Source: Armatimonadota bacterium
GTDB taxonomy: Bacteria; Sysuimicrobiota; Sysuimicrobiia; Sysuimicrobiales; Humicultoraceae
Assembly (NCBI GenBank): GCA_052386995.1
Contig: JBQTJP010000140.1
Location: 1 to 17,234 of the forward strand
Direction: 5' to 3'
Length of the DNA: 17,234 bases
The position numbers and the translations under genes were made by a program. The notes under the pieces were generated by a model. The model did no database searches, was not told where the DNA came from, and saw nothing but the letters and a program-made list of their open reading frames with translations. Below, in pieces: positions 17,184 to 17,234 of this stretch (positions within the stretch are counted from its first letter, which is position 1; each line of letters opens with the position of its first letter).

Positions 17184-17234
17184 CCGGCATCACTCCTTAG
17201 CGGACAACCCTGACGGCGGCCACAGTCTGGCAGG

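Noticed and set aside
1..17234. CRISPR array, tRNA/rRNA, transposase/integrase or prophage
   Set aside because: No regularly spaced repeats, RNA-gene signatures or mobility genes were seen. The phage-like segment is a single domain within a pilin gene.

Overview
High-GC bacterial DNA, almost fully coding, in three blocks. (1) 1-10114 is a divergent catabolic locus that probably degrades an N- or S-methylated (onium/betaine-type) compound. Leftward: GntR/HutC-UTRA regulator, GbcA/Stc2-like Rieske oxygenase alpha subunit, and a dimethylglycine/sarcosine-dehydrogenase-family flavoprotein that runs off the window. Rightward: DmdA-like THF-dependent demethylase (GcvT family), MFS transporter, aldehyde dehydrogenase, small lipoprotein, second MFS, and a DMT/EamA transporter. 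A dre/PhnF-like palindrome (TGGTCTATACCA) sits between two overlapping, oppositely oriented sigma70-like promoters. (2) 10214-15362 (minus strand) is a type IV minor-pilin cassette (fimT/U-, pilV-, pilW-, pilX-like). It is followed, in the slot normally held by pilY1, by a secreted Cys-rich Asp-box (sialidase-fold) protein. The PilX-like protein carries an inserted FN3-like module of a kind I associate with phage structural proteins. (3) 15630-17183 holds a PrcB-domain exported protein, a hypothetical protein and a Rid-family protein lacking the catalytic Arg. No RNA genes, CRISPR array or mobile element were recognised. Family assignments come from motif recognition by eye, not from database searches.
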